From an uncultured Planctomycetia bacterium (GTDB lineage Bacteria > Omnitrophota > Gorgyraeia > Duberdicusellales > 4484-171): a stretch of DNA of 64,000 bases. A program made the position numbers and the translations under genes. The notes below the pieces were generated by a model. It did no database searches. It was not told the DNA's origin and saw nothing but the letters and a program-made list of their open reading frames with translations. This document shows positions 39,891-50,220 of the stretch, one piece after another (the stretch's first letter is position 1; each line of letters opens with the position of its first letter). The stretch spans positions 10,837 through 74,836 of the forward strand of contig CAZWON010000006.1 in assembly GCA_964635565.1 (NCBI GenBank). Direction: 5' to 3'.

Positions 39891-40940
39891 TTTATTCCTT
39901 ACAAGTTTCTCTCTAATAACAGACGCCCTTATATAATCTCTATCTTCTTCCTTTAACACCTTACCTTCTAATTTCTGAAGATGTGCAGGTTGAATAATAA
40001 CAAAGAGATTATTAATAACACTTCGAGATATGTCCTTAATTATACCTAAATCTACTCCTATGCACAACATAGAAAGATGGGAAAATGCTTCCTTTGTAGA
40101 AATAAGACGACAATTTCTTAAAATACCCAGAGAACGCCAGGTGCTGTCTTCAAAAGTACGACGATATTTCTTTAACAAACTATTCCTTGCTGTTAGCTCA
40201 TGTTCTCTTACCTGATGCACCACACCTTTTAAACTATCAATAATCTCCTCTTCACTAAATCCCAATGTAGCTTGGTTGGAAACCTGAAAGAAATTGCCTA
40301 AAGCTTGTGTCCCTTCTCCAAACAGCCCTCTAGTAGTAAATGATAACTTTGCTAAAAGCTCTAAAATCTTATCTATCTGTTTAGTTAAAACTAATCCCGG
40401 CAGATGTAACATACACGAGGCTCTTAGACCCGTCCCTAAATTTGTAGGACAAGCGGTAAGATATCCAATCTCAGGAGAAAAAGAAAAACATAAATACTTT
40501 GATAATTCATCATCAAGCTGATTAATAAAGCTCCACGCTTTCTGTAAATCAAAACCGGAAAATATAACCTGCAACCTTAAGTGGTCCTCCTCATTAATCA
40601 TCACAGAAAAATCTTCCGAAACCGAAAGAATCAATGCTTTCCCCCGCTGTGAACGTGTATGCTCCTGGCTTATAAGGTGTCTTTCTAATAAAAATTGTTT
40701 ATCTAAGCTACTTAATGTTCCCATTTTAATAAAAGAAGCTTGACGCATTGCATCTATCTTTGTTGTTGCCTCTCTAACTTTACTTATGATCTCCTCCTTA
40801 TAAGAAAGACTGGCTTTCCAGGGAAAAGGGTAATTCTGGATATTCCGTGCCACTCTTATCCTTGTAGAAATTACAATATCCGAATGAGGACCTTCAGCGT
40901 TTAACCATCCTCTTTTGTTCTCTAAAAGCTCCTCAAACAT
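39885..40940 (-). CDS. mcsB: Protein-arginine kinase (ATP:guanido phosphotransferase)
   Basis: Phosphagen-kinase C-terminal domain blocks (CPTNLGTGLRAS). Operon position between mcsA and clpC. Confidence 0.85.
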   Translation of the reverse strand: MFEELLENKRGWLNAEGPHSDIVISTRIRVARNIQNYPFPWKASLSYKEEIISKVREATTKIDAMRQASFIKMGTLSSLDKQFLLERHLISQEHTRSQRGKALILSVSEDFSVMINEEDHLRLQVIFSGFDLQKAWSFINQLDDELSKYLCFSFSPEIGYLTACPTNLGTGLRASCMLHLPGLVLTKQIDKILELLAKLSFTTRGLFGEGTQALGNFFQVSNQATLGFSEEEIIDSLKGVVHQVREHELTARNSLLKKYRRTFEDSTWRSLGILRNCRLISTKEAFSHLSMLCIGVDLGIIKDISRSVINNLFVIIQPAHLQKLEGKVLKEEDRDYIRASVIREKLVRNKN

Positions 40941-41433
40941 TTTCAGATTTTTCTTTTTTCTTCAACTCTTTTATCTGGTCTCTAATCATTGCTGCTTCTT
41001 CATAGGCCTCTATCTGTATCGCCTTTTTAAGTCTTTCTCTTAAAATAGCTAACTTTTTATCTACAATTATTTCCTCCTTTACCGTGGGAGGAAACTTCCC
41101 TTTGTGTTGAGTGGTACTGTGGACTTTTTTAATAATAGGAAAAAGCTGATCCTTAAAAGTAAAATAACAATTAGCGCATCCTAAACGACCTTTTTTCTTA
41201 AAATCATAGAAGGTAATTCCACAGAAAGAACATCGGATATCCTTAAGTTTCTTATCCAAGTCCTCCTGAATAGTTAAATTACTTAAGAACTCAGAGATAC
41301 TCAAATGCTGTTTAAGCTCTTCTGCTTTAAGACGAGCACACTCCTGACAAATATGGAATTCCATAATCTTATCGTCCATAATCTCTGTAAGATGAACAGT
41401 CGCTATATTCTTATGACATATATCACACAACAT
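40933..41433 (-). CDS. mcsA: McsA-like activator (zinc fingers plus UVR motif)
   Basis: CDICHKN ... CQECA and CSFCG ... CANCY zinc-binding pairs. C-terminal UVR-like EAYEEAAMIRDQIKELK. Confidence 0.75.
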   Translation of the reverse strand: MLCDICHKNIATVHLTEIMDDKIMEFHICQECARLKAEELKQHLSISEFLSNLTIQEDLDKKLKDIRCSFCGITFYDFKKKGRLGCANCYFTFKDQLFPIIKKVHSTTQHKGKFPPTVKEEIIVDKKLAILRERLKKAIQIEAYEEAAMIRDQIKELKKKEKSENV

Positions 41434-41560
41434 AATATATTCTTAACCTCCAAATAATTAATACTCCCTTTTAGCGCTATTGCTTCCTTGTGTATTGCGC
41501 CATTTTCGTATTGGGTCGTCGTAGAACGTAGTTGGTTATAAAACACACAAGGACACACCG

Positions 41561-42436
41561 CTACAGGCTATACCTTATTCCTTCTTTCCTCGTAAGGCGT
41601 CTGAACTCTTTTAATATCAATTGAGTCATTTTACCAGGCTTACCTTCGCCTATCTTTCTTCCATCCACATTCACAACAGGCACAATTTCTGCTGCTGTCC
41701 CCGTTAAAAAGCACTCATCACTAATATAAAGCTCATGTCGGGTAATTACATGTTCATGAGCTGGTATTTTAAGGCGTTTAGCAATATTTAGTACAGCGTC
41801 GCGAGTAATTCCCCGTAAAGTACCCATACACTGAGGAGGAGTATAGATTTCTCCTCTCTTAACAGTAAAAATGTTATCTCCTGTACATTCAGCAATATAA
41901 CCTAAATGGTCCAGCATTAAAGCTTCTTTATAACCTGCATTTATCGCCTCAATCTTGGCAAGAATATTATTAAGATAATTCAAGGATTTAATTTGAGGAT
42001 TTAAGGCCTCAGGTATATTCCTTATTGTAGGAACAGTTATAATCGCCATTCCTTTTTTATAAAGCTCGCGAGGATATAAAGCTATTTTATCAGTAATAAT
42101 AATTACTGACTCATTGCCTCTGCATCTTTGAGGGTCAAGCCCTAAATCCCCTTCTCCTCTTGAGACAATAACTCTTATATAGGCGTCTTTAAGTCTGTTT
42201 GCTTTTAATGTTTTAATTATTGCCTCTATCATTTGCTTTTTATTAATTGGTATGTCTAACATTATGGAATGGGCTGACTCAAATAATCTGTCAATGTGCT
42301 CTTTAAGCTTAAATACTAAACAATTATATGACCTTATCCCTTCAAAAACACCATCACCATATAAGAAACCATGGTCAAACACACTTATTTTGGCATCTTT
42401 CCTATCAACTAATTTCCCATTTAAATATACCTTCAT
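41561..42436 (-). CDS. ilvE: Branched-chain amino acid aminotransferase (fold type IV)
   Basis: MKVYLNGKLVDRKDAKISVFDHGFLYGDGVFEGIRSY. Length 291 aa. Confidence 0.8.
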   Translation of the reverse strand: MKVYLNGKLVDRKDAKISVFDHGFLYGDGVFEGIRSYNCLVFKLKEHIDRLFESAHSIMLDIPINKKQMIEAIIKTLKANRLKDAYIRVIVSRGEGDLGLDPQRCRGNESVIIITDKIALYPRELYKKGMAIITVPTIRNIPEALNPQIKSLNYLNNILAKIEAINAGYKEALMLDHLGYIAECTGDNIFTVKRGEIYTPPQCMGTLRGITRDAVLNIAKRLKIPAHEHVITRHELYISDECFLTGTAAEIVPVVNVDGRKIGEGKPGKMTQLILKEFRRLTRKEGIRYSL

Positions 42437-42486
42437 AAATCCTCCCTCTCCTTGGACTAAACTTCAGTTACACTAACTACTCCTCT

Positions 42487-43170
42487 CTAAGAACACTCCT
42501 CTACAATAACGCCATTTTTTATGCATACTACTTTTTTTGTGCGCTTAGCTAATTCAAGATTGTGCGTAACGATTATTAAGGTCTTATTCTTACGGGTATT
42601 TAAATCCTCTAAAAGAGCTATTATTTTCTCAGCTGATTCTTTATCCAGATTACCTGTTGGTTCATCACAAAAAATAAGTGGTGGTTCATTAATTAAAGCC
42701 CGGGCAATAGCAACTTTCTGTTTTTCGCCTCCTGACAATTGAGACGGAACATAGGTCGCTTTTTCCTCTATCCCTAAATATTGTAACAACTTTCTTCCTG
42801 CTTTAAAAGAGGTTTTTGCTCTCTTATAGTTAAGTAAAGATGGCAAAACAATATTTTCTAAAACAGTGAGCTCCTCAATAAGATGGTAAAACTGAAAAAC
42901 AAATCCTATGGTTCTATTTCTCCAAAGAGCCATTTTATATTCATTGAAACGAAACAAATCCTCTCCTTTAAAGAAAATTTTACCTCGGGTGGGATAACTT
43001 AATCCTCCTAAGATACTCAATAATGTAGTCTTACCTGCGCCAGAAGGACCTACTATTACAAAATAATCTCCCTCTTTAACCGATAAGTTTATATTTTGTA
43101 AGGCGACCAACCTCTTATTACCACTATCGTATATTTTCCACAAAGAAACTACCTTAATAAGCTCACTCAT
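42487..43170 (-). CDS. lolD: ABC ATP-binding protein, LolD-like (lipoprotein release)
   Basis: Walker A GPSGAGKTT. Signature LSGGEKQK. Paired with an FtsX/LolC-family permease. Confidence 0.75.
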   Translation of the reverse strand: MSELIKVVSLWKIYDSGNKRLVALQNINLSVKEGDYFVIVGPSGAGKTTLLSILGGLSYPTRGKIFFKGEDLFRFNEYKMALWRNRTIGFVFQFYHLIEELTVLENIVLPSLLNYKRAKTSFKAGRKLLQYLGIEEKATYVPSQLSGGEKQKVAIARALINEPPLIFCDEPTGNLDKESAEKIIALLEDLNTRKNKTLIIVTHNLELAKRTKKVVCIKNGVIVEECS

Positions 43171-44320
43171 ACCTTAAAGCCTCCGAAGGGTTAAAACGAG
43201 AAGCTCTTATTGCAGGGAAGATACTGGAAATAAAAGAAAGAATAATACCTAATAAAGAAATTAAAACAATATCTTTTATGTTAACCATAATAGGTAAATA
43301 ATTAATGTAGTAAATTTCCTGAGGTAGATGGATAAATCGATACTCTTTTAACAAAAAACATATAGAAAGTCCTACGCCTACTCCTAAAACAACACCAACA
43401 AGTCCTAAGATAACACCCTGAAGAGTAAAAATACTTACAATACGCAATGGGTTAAACCCTAAGGATTTTAAAATTCCTATATCTTTGGTCTTTTCTACTA
43501 CTTTAACAGTAAGAGTGGCAAAAATATTAAAAGATGCTACTACAATAATTAAGCTTAAAATGATAAACATAGTTGTTTTCTCTAATTTTAATGCTGAAAA
43601 AAGAGCACTATTAGATTCTATCCAAGTATTTACCATACATCCTTTCTCAACAATACCTTGCAATTGTCTTTTAACATTATCAACTCTAAAGGGTTCTTTT
43701 ACTCTTACACCTATAAAAATAAGATAATTATTGCTTAAACTTCTTACTTCTTTAAGACTGCCCACTATATAATTATTATCTATGTCATACAATCCTATTT
43801 TAAAAACACCTCTTATCTTTGCCTTCTTAAGTTTTAACTTCCTTTCTAAGGGATAAAACTTTAAATTATCTTCTAAAAAAAACTTTCTTTTCAGACCTTC
43901 TCCAACAAAAAAACCATCTTCATTGTTTTCCTTTATCACATAGCGATAAAATAATTCTTTCTCAAAATGACTATCAAAATCCACTCCTCTTACCATAAGG
44001 GGAATAATATAACCATTGAATTTTCCAAAAACTTGTGTTTGCAAAAAAATAGAAGCACTTTCTATGTCATTTATTGCCTTGATTTCTTTTAAGATATGGG
44101 AAGGAAATTCTCCTTTAAGACTTTCTATAGTAATGTGATAGTTAAACCTCATAAGTTTACTCATAAGTTCTTTGTCAAAACCATTCATTACAGAAATAAC
44201 TATAATAAGAGTAGCTACCCCTAAACCAATTCCTAAACAAGCAATAACACTAATAAAAGAAACATGACGCGCTTTACCTCTGAAAAGATAACGAAAAGCA
44301 AGAAAAATCTCAGTCATCAA
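43163..44320 (-). CDS. lolE: FtsX-like permease, LolC/LolE family
   Basis: Four-TM topology with a large periplasmic loop. Overlaps lolD by 8 nt. Confidence 0.7.
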   Translation of the reverse strand: MMTEIFLAFRYLFRGKARHVSFISVIACLGIGLGVATLIIVISVMNGFDKELMSKLMRFNYHITIESLKGEFPSHILKEIKAINDIESASIFLQTQVFGKFNGYIIPLMVRGVDFDSHFEKELFYRYVIKENNEDGFFVGEGLKRKFFLEDNLKFYPLERKLKLKKAKIRGVFKIGLYDIDNNYIVGSLKEVRSLSNNYLIFIGVRVKEPFRVDNVKRQLQGIVEKGCMVNTWIESNSALFSALKLEKTTMFIILSLIIVVASFNIFATLTVKVVEKTKDIGILKSLGFNPLRIVSIFTLQGVILGLVGVVLGVGVGLSICFLLKEYRFIHLPQEIYYINYLPIMVNIKDIVLISLLGIILSFISSIFPAIRASRFNPSEALRYE

Positions 44321-45773
44321 TATTTTGGGGTTTTAAAAGAGGAAACAAAATAACATCTCTTATAGAAGACTGATCAAGAAAAAGCATAATAAGACGGTCT
44401 ATCCCAATACCTAATCCTGCTGCAGGAGGCATTCCATGCTCTAATCCCACGAGAAAATCCTCATCAATTTTTTTAGGTAATTCTTCTTCCTGCTTAATTT
44501 GTTCTAACAATCTTTTTCTCTGCTCAATAGGGTCATTAAGCTCAGAGTAACTGTTGGCTATTTCCATTCCCCCAATAAAAAGCTCAAACCGTTCTAATAT
44601 ATAGGGATTATCTTTTTTTGACTTTGCCAAGGGGGCTGTCCAGCTAAAAAAATCGATAACGAATACGGGTTTATCTAAAGGGTATTTTTTTTCAATAAGC
44701 TCTTCAGTTATATTTATAAGCTGTGTCCGAGAAAGTTGCTGTATTGATAAGTTTAACTTTCTACATATCTTATCACACACGGTATCTTGGTCATCTTCAG
44801 GGAAAACACCAAACTCTTCCTTAAAAAGCTCAGCAAAAGAAATCCTCAGCCAGGGAGGAGCAAAATCTATCTGTTTTCCTTGATATTTTAGGTTTAAAGA
44901 CAATTCTAACTTATCTAAAAGAAAAAGAAATAACTCTTCACATAAATTCATCATATATTCATAATTCTGATAGGCGCAGTAAGCCTCCAGCATAGTGAAC
45001 TCAGGAGAATGGCGCACAGAAAATCCCTCATTACGAAAATTTTTATTTATTTCAAAAACTCTATCAAATCCTCCTACGAGAAGTCGTTTTAAGTAAAGCT
45101 CAGGAGCAATGCGTAAATAAACATCTATATCAAAAGAATTATGATGAGTAACAAAGGGTGCGCCACTTGCTCCTCCAGGAATAGTCTGTAAAATAGGAGT
45201 TTCTACTTCAATATAGTCTTTCTTGTGAAAAAATTCTCTCATAGAATTAATAATTAAAGGACGCCTGAAGAATATCTGTCGTACCGAGGCATTAGAAATT
45301 AAATCCAAGTATCGCTGACGATATCTTATCTCTACATCTTTAAGGCCATGCCATTTCTCAGGAAGAGGCCTTAATGATTTAGCTAAAAGTTTCAATTCCT
45401 TAACTAAAATTGTAGGTTCTCCTGTTTTAGTTTTAAAAAGTTCTCCCTTCACTCCTACAATATCACCTACATCAATTTCTTTAAAAAGTTCATAGTCATC
45501 TTTTAAAATGTCTTTTCTCAAATAAAGCTGAGCTTTTGCAGATACATCGCTTATATGGGCAAAACTTGACTTACCATGTTCGCGTTTCGCAATAACTCTT
45601 CCTGCAGTGAAAACTTCCTTATTCTCCTTAAAATCTTTAAATATATCCTTTATATAAGAACCCTTGGGGAAAAAAGTTTCTTTATAAGGGTTACCATAAT
45701 GTGTACTGATTTTCTCTAATTTCTTTACGTTAACCATCGCTAAGATTATATAAGATTTGGCAGAAACTGTCAA
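44310..45773 (-). CDS. lysS: Lysine--tRNA ligase (class II)
   Basis: Class II motifs. Anticodon-binding OB fold N-terminus. GLGIGIDRLIM motif 3. Confidence 0.9.
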   Translation of the reverse strand: MTVSAKSYIILAMVNVKKLEKISTHYGNPYKETFFPKGSYIKDIFKDFKENKEVFTAGRVIAKREHGKSSFAHISDVSAKAQLYLRKDILKDDYELFKEIDVGDIVGVKGELFKTKTGEPTILVKELKLLAKSLRPLPEKWHGLKDVEIRYRQRYLDLISNASVRQIFFRRPLIINSMREFFHKKDYIEVETPILQTIPGGASGAPFVTHHNSFDIDVYLRIAPELYLKRLLVGGFDRVFEINKNFRNEGFSVRHSPEFTMLEAYCAYQNYEYMMNLCEELFLFLLDKLELSLNLKYQGKQIDFAPPWLRISFAELFKEEFGVFPEDDQDTVCDKICRKLNLSIQQLSRTQLINITEELIEKKYPLDKPVFVIDFFSWTAPLAKSKKDNPYILERFELFIGGMEIANSYSELNDPIEQRKRLLEQIKQEEELPKKIDEDFLVGLEHGMPPAAGLGIGIDRLIMLFLDQSSIRDVILFPLLKPQNIDD

Positions 45774-46049
45774 ACTACATTGTATATCTACCCGTATTAT
45801 ATGAAAAAGAGAATTTTCAATTTCTAATTTTTATTAAATTATCAATGAAATAATTTTTAAACAAGAATACGGATAGGCTTATGTTACAAAATAAGCAATG
45901 CTTAAAATGTAACATTACTTTATAACCTAATGTCAAGATTTCAGACGCTTCCAAACCAATCTTTAAAAACATAAGGGAAGATTACAGAACAAGCGCTTAA
46001 TTTTCGAGGGTCGCCCATATTATTTTAAAGTTAGTAGATTATTAAAACA

Positions 46050-46607
46050 TTAGGGGAAAGATATCTTTACAATGGTTAAACGAGAAATGGCAATAGGCGA
46101 GTTTTCTTCTTTAGGACTTATATTTAATTTCTCTACAGTTAAAATTTCTTTTGCTGACTCTATCCGATAAAGAAAACTTATTATTTTAGGCATATCTCCT
46201 TCGCAATTTAAATCTACATAGTATTTAATAATATTGTTTTCCTTCTTGATAGCAGAGGGTCTTATGTTAAGAAGATTAACCGAAGATTTGCGGGCAAAGT
46301 CTTCTATCAATTTTAGAAGACGATTCATCTCTTCATCATCGGAACCTGCTTTTTTTAAATAGGCACTGTAGTAGGAAGATTCTTTATTTATCTTCTCCTT
46401 TAAAGAAAGAAAACGTAAATCTTTCTGGATAATAAGTCTTTCCTTATCTATCTTTTCATCTAAGGATTCTATCTTCATAAAGGCGGGAGAAATCAACAAT
46501 CTGTCGAGAAAAGCCAAGAACACAAATACAATACTGCAATAGAATACAATCCTTTCTCTTTTAGATAATTTCTCTATAATAGCAGTTAACTGACCTATAT
46601 TAAACAT
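46050..46607 (-). CDS. GspM / PilO-like inner-membrane assembly protein
   Basis: Single N-terminal TM plus periplasmic domain. Last gene of the Gsp/Pil cluster. Confidence 0.5.
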   Translation of the reverse strand: MFNIGQLTAIIEKLSKRERIVFYCSIVFVFLAFLDRLLISPAFMKIESLDEKIDKERLIIQKDLRFLSLKEKINKESSYYSAYLKKAGSDDEEMNRLLKLIEDFARKSSVNLLNIRPSAIKKENNIIKYYVDLNCEGDMPKIISFLYRIESAKEILTVEKLNISPKEENSPIAISRLTIVKISFP

Positions 46608-48087
46608 TACTTTGAGTGGTCATTTTTAATTTAATTCCTACCTCAAAATCAGCAACTTCCTTATCTTCTTCTTTTCTTTTTGAAGTATAGCGCATTTTAA
46701 CTTCTTTAAATAAATCATCTTTACTTAAGTCTTCCACAAAAGAATAAATCGTAGTCATTGAGTCTGCAGTCCCTTTTATAGACAAAGAACTTGTTTCTCT
46801 GGTAAATCTAATATCGCTTATCGTTATAGCGGGAGAAAGATTTTTATAAATTCTATATATGATCTCTAAAGAATATCCTCTCTGGATAAGAAAGCGTTTT
46901 ATAAGCTGAGTGGTGCGGAATTTACTTTCTAAGGCATTGGCTTCTTTATGGATAACTTGAGAACGTTCTTTAAGCTTATCTAAATATATACTTCTAAATA
47001 CTATCTTACTGGCGACTAATATAAAAATAACTACTATAATGGAAAAAGAAAAAAATCCCATCCAGATTATCTGGCGACTTCTTTCCTCAAATGCTCTTTT
47101 GAGTTTAATCTCTTCGGGAAAGAGATTGATTTCTGTATTTTTATTCTCAAAAGAAGAAGCAATCACATCTAAGAACAAAGAAGGATTCACAGTAGAAAAC
47201 ATTTTTTTTACCTTTTCCCTTAAAACCAGATAATCTATAAAAGAAACACTTTCTGTAGTAATACCTATTGTATTATTCAGAAAAGGAGTTAAACCTTTAT
47301 ATTTTGTTGTAGGCATAAGAAGAAGAATCCTCTGAGGAACTGCTTCTATATCCTCGCTTCTATATACATCCAGAGATTTCTTTATTTCCTCTACAAATTG
47401 AGTAACATATCGTGTATAGTCCTCCTCGAGATGACGGTTTCCTATAGGAATACTCCGAGCAAAAACAGAATTTCCTCCAAAAACAATATTAAAATAACTG
47501 AAAGAACTATCAAGGTACAAAAAACCTGTAGGAAAATCGTCATTACTCAACTTAAATACTTCGGAAATAAATCTACCTGTGGTCTCCTGAGCAAAACATA
47601 TTTTTTTTATCTCTATTGCTGTCTTATTAATGATATTCATCTGCCTTCTTATAACCTCCCGCGTAACAATTACCAAAAGAACTTTGGTGTAATTTGCACG
47701 GTAAACCCCCATAATCTTATAATCAATAATGATTTCTTCTCGTGCATAGGGAGTATGACGAGCGGCCTGTAGATTCATAATATCAGCGATTTCCTTAGGA
47801 TCCTGGGAAGGAATCTCAATATTTTTGGTAATAGCCAGATGAGTGGGAATAACTAATACTATATTGGAATTCCTTAATTTTGTATCCTTAAAAAAAATTT
47901 TTATCTTCTCTGCTACATCATCATCAGTAAGCCCTCCCAAATCATAACCATATATATCCAAAACTTCACGATGGAATCTTTTTTGTTTAATATGAGCGAT
48001 TCTTAAGCCTCCTCCTCCAATCTGGATACTTATAGCATCCTTACTTTCTCCAAGAATAAAAGCATCTTTAAAATTATCTCCTAACAT
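46600..48087 (-). CDS. GspL-like protein (PilM actin-like ATPase fold fused to a PilN-like TM/periplasmic part)
   Basis: N-terminal PilM-like domain. One TM (IIWMGFFSFSIIVVIFILVA). C-terminal PilN/GspL periplasmic region. Confidence 0.6.
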   Translation of the reverse strand: MLGDNFKDAFILGESKDAISIQIGGGGLRIAHIKQKRFHREVLDIYGYDLGGLTDDDVAEKIKIFFKDTKLRNSNIVLVIPTHLAITKNIEIPSQDPKEIADIMNLQAARHTPYAREEIIIDYKIMGVYRANYTKVLLVIVTREVIRRQMNIINKTAIEIKKICFAQETTGRFISEVFKLSNDDFPTGFLYLDSSFSYFNIVFGGNSVFARSIPIGNRHLEEDYTRYVTQFVEEIKKSLDVYRSEDIEAVPQRILLLMPTTKYKGLTPFLNNTIGITTESVSFIDYLVLREKVKKMFSTVNPSLFLDVIASSFENKNTEINLFPEEIKLKRAFEERSRQIIWMGFFSFSIIVVIFILVASKIVFRSIYLDKLKERSQVIHKEANALESKFRTTQLIKRFLIQRGYSLEIIYRIYKNLSPAITISDIRFTRETSSLSIKGTADSMTTIYSFVEDLSKDDLFKEVKMRYTSKRKEEDKEVADFEVGIKLKMTTQSNV

Positions 48088-49119
48088 TTATTGCTCCCGC
48101 CAGAATAAAATATTTCCCTCTCGGCTCACTATACATTCTATAATCTCTTTAGCCTTTGAGTAACTAAGACTTGCTTCACTATTAATACTGAAATAATCTG
48201 AAGAAACGCCAATAAATCCTTTAGCCACAATATTACTTAAATTTTGCACTTCGCTTATAGAAAGGGAATAGTGCTGGCTTAAAGAAGGTACTACAGAAGT
48301 AGATGAAACAAAAATATTATCGTCCTCTGTCCCCAATTCACTATCTTCTCCCTTACGATAAGTAACTATCTTATCTATAACTGTATCCGTTATTCCAATT
48401 GCGGACAAAACTTCTTCTGAAGCTGTATTAATATTAACAGCCTTATCTCCATAGATAGTAATAAAATCCTTTATTTTATTAAATATATCAAAAGTTATTC
48501 CTTTTACCAGAAGTAACTCATCTAAACTCTCATAATCATCATCTTTACAATCATAAGGCTCACTGAGATTCCTATAATAGCTATCTTCAGCGCTACCCTG
48601 AGGAATCAAAAGATTACTATCCTTGTCTCTAAAATCAATTATAGAAGCAGCAAATTCTTTAGCCTCACTTTCACTTACATTAAGAACTATTTCAAACAAT
48701 CTTTCTATAATCTTCATATCTACTTTGTTTATGTTTATTTTTCTTGCCTCATCGACTACACCAAACATCGTTCTTATTGTACCATCTTGGGGGTAATTAT
48801 AAAATACATTAAATCTTCCTAAACCAATTTTTATATCCTTAAATTCTTCCTTTTTAGAAGCCCACACATCCAAAAAACTATCTATCCTGCTACTGTCATC
48901 TTTTGATATTGCCAAAATAGCTTTATTAACACCTGCCAAAGCAATAAGATGAAGAACATCCCTTTCTCCCAATCTTTTCACAAAAAGTGCCTTCTGCCTT
49001 GCTCCTCTCCCTAAATATAAACTAAAGATAGAAAGTAAAATTAAAACCCATAAAGCAAAGACTAAAATCATTCCCTTTTGATATTCCTTAATCATTTTGT
49101 ATCCAATCTTTAACTTCAC
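48088..49119 (-). CDS. gspK: GspK-like minor pseudopilin
   Basis: N-terminal hydrophobic segment MILVFALWVLILLSIFSL typical of GspK. Length 343 aa. Confidence 0.55.
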   Translation of the reverse strand: MKLKIGYKMIKEYQKGMILVFALWVLILLSIFSLYLGRGARQKALFVKRLGERDVLHLIALAGVNKAILAISKDDSSRIDSFLDVWASKKEEFKDIKIGLGRFNVFYNYPQDGTIRTMFGVVDEARKININKVDMKIIERLFEIVLNVSESEAKEFAASIIDFRDKDSNLLIPQGSAEDSYYRNLSEPYDCKDDDYESLDELLLVKGITFDIFNKIKDFITIYGDKAVNINTASEEVLSAIGITDTVIDKIVTYRKGEDSELGTEDDNIFVSSTSVVPSLSQHYSLSISEVQNLSNIVAKGFIGVSSDYFSINSEASLSYSKAKEIIECIVSREGNILFWREQ

Positions 49120-49711
49120 CTAAAGGTATATTAACCACTCTTTGATAATTAAAGGTACTATTTTTATAACGTAATGATATATATAGACTTACAGATAAAG
49201 GGATATCCTTTGTGTTCCATTCTTCTTTCCAAAAATATTTTTTTTCCTTAAGGTTATAAGAATAATAATTTATCCTAAAATCATCAATATTATTTAAAAG
49301 CAATTGTGTTGTCCCTTCTTTCTCGCGATAAATATCATTTAAATTTTTTAGAACTCTAAATATTTTCTTATTTTTTTTATCCCAATAGTATGTAACTTCT
49401 CCTATACCTTTACTTAAACCAGGAAACTGACTATTTTTTTTTATAAAGGTAGCAAAACTTACTTTTATTTTACTGCCCCTAAAATCTATAGAATTATACT
49501 TAACGGTATTCCTTAAATCGTAAGAAAATTTCTCAAAAAATATTGCTACATCCTCATCACTACTTTCTTTATAAACTCTCTGCCATATTTTTAAGCCACT
49601 ACTAAAAGTAGCAAGTAAAGTAAGTCCTACCACCGAAAATATACCTGCTACAATTACTGCTTCTATAAGAGTAAAATTATTTTTATTAAAAAATCTTCTT
49701 TTTTTCTCCAT
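49088..49711 (-). CDS. Minor pseudopilin (GspJ-like), prepilin-type N-terminus
   Basis: FTLIEAVIVAGIFSVVGL prepilin helix. The residue before Phe is Asn rather than Gly. Confidence 0.55.
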   Translation of the reverse strand: MEKKRRFFNKNNFTLIEAVIVAGIFSVVGLTLLATFSSGLKIWQRVYKESSDEDVAIFFEKFSYDLRNTVKYNSIDFRGSKIKVSFATFIKKNSQFPGLSKGIGEVTYYWDKKNKKIFRVLKNLNDIYREKEGTTQLLLNNIDDFRINYYSYNLKEKKYFWKEEWNTKDIPLSVSLYISLRYKNSTFNYQRVVNIPLGEVKDWIQND

Positions 49712-49722
49712 AAAATATTTCT

Positions 49723-50220
49723 TTACTCCTTCTTAAAATAAATATAAGTAGCGCGCACTAATTCTATATTTCTCTTACTCTCTCTCCATTTAACTTTTAA
49801 TGTTATTCTGTACATATCTATCTTATCTGTTCCTTCAGAAAAAGAATACGAAAGGTCCCATAAGAATTTTTTATTATATACATCAAAATATCCTCTGGTC
49901 TGGGGAAAAAGAGGAGCTTTATATCGCTTTAAATCATTTTCAATGCTCTCTATTTTATTATCCATCCACAGTTGGGCATATATATAATGTTGAGCATATG
50001 AAGAAACATTAAGGGAGGTAAAAAAACTTTCGTATATAAAAAGGATTCCTGTAACAAGAATAACTACTGCAACAATAAGCTCAACAAGAGTAAAGTAAGC
50101 CTTCCAAACTCTTTTTTTACCAAGAAAGTTATTGCAAGGAGAGATTTCATTATTTATATCTAATATGGAAATAATTTCTTTATTCCCAATTGGTAATATC
50201 GTCTTCGCTTTCTTTACCAT
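49723..50220 (-). CDS. Minor pseudopilin (GspI/H-like), prepilin-type helix. The 5' end is uncertain.
   Basis: FTLVELIVAVVILVTGILF with Glu at +5. The called ORF has a 41-aa leader and overlaps gspG by 41 nt. Confidence 0.5.
   Translation of the reverse strand: MVKKAKTILPIGNKEIISILDINNEISPCNNFLGKKRVWKAYFTLVELIVAVVILVTGILFIYESFFTSLNVSSYAQHYIYAQLWMDNKIESIENDLKRYKAPLFPQTRGYFDVYNKKFLWDLSYSFSEGTDKIDMYRITLKVKWRESKRNIELVRATYIYFKKE

Noticed and set aside
41434-41560. Expected CtsR operator upstream of mcsA
   Set aside because: No GGTCAAA/TTTGACC heptad direct repeat was found on either strand. This is reported as an absence in the synteny finding rather than as a feature.
50100-50140. Possible programmed frameshift at an A7 run near the start of the pseudopilin gene
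   Set aside because: Neither the +1 nor the -1 frame yields a canonical short basic prepilin leader ending in Gly. A mis-called start is a simpler explanation.
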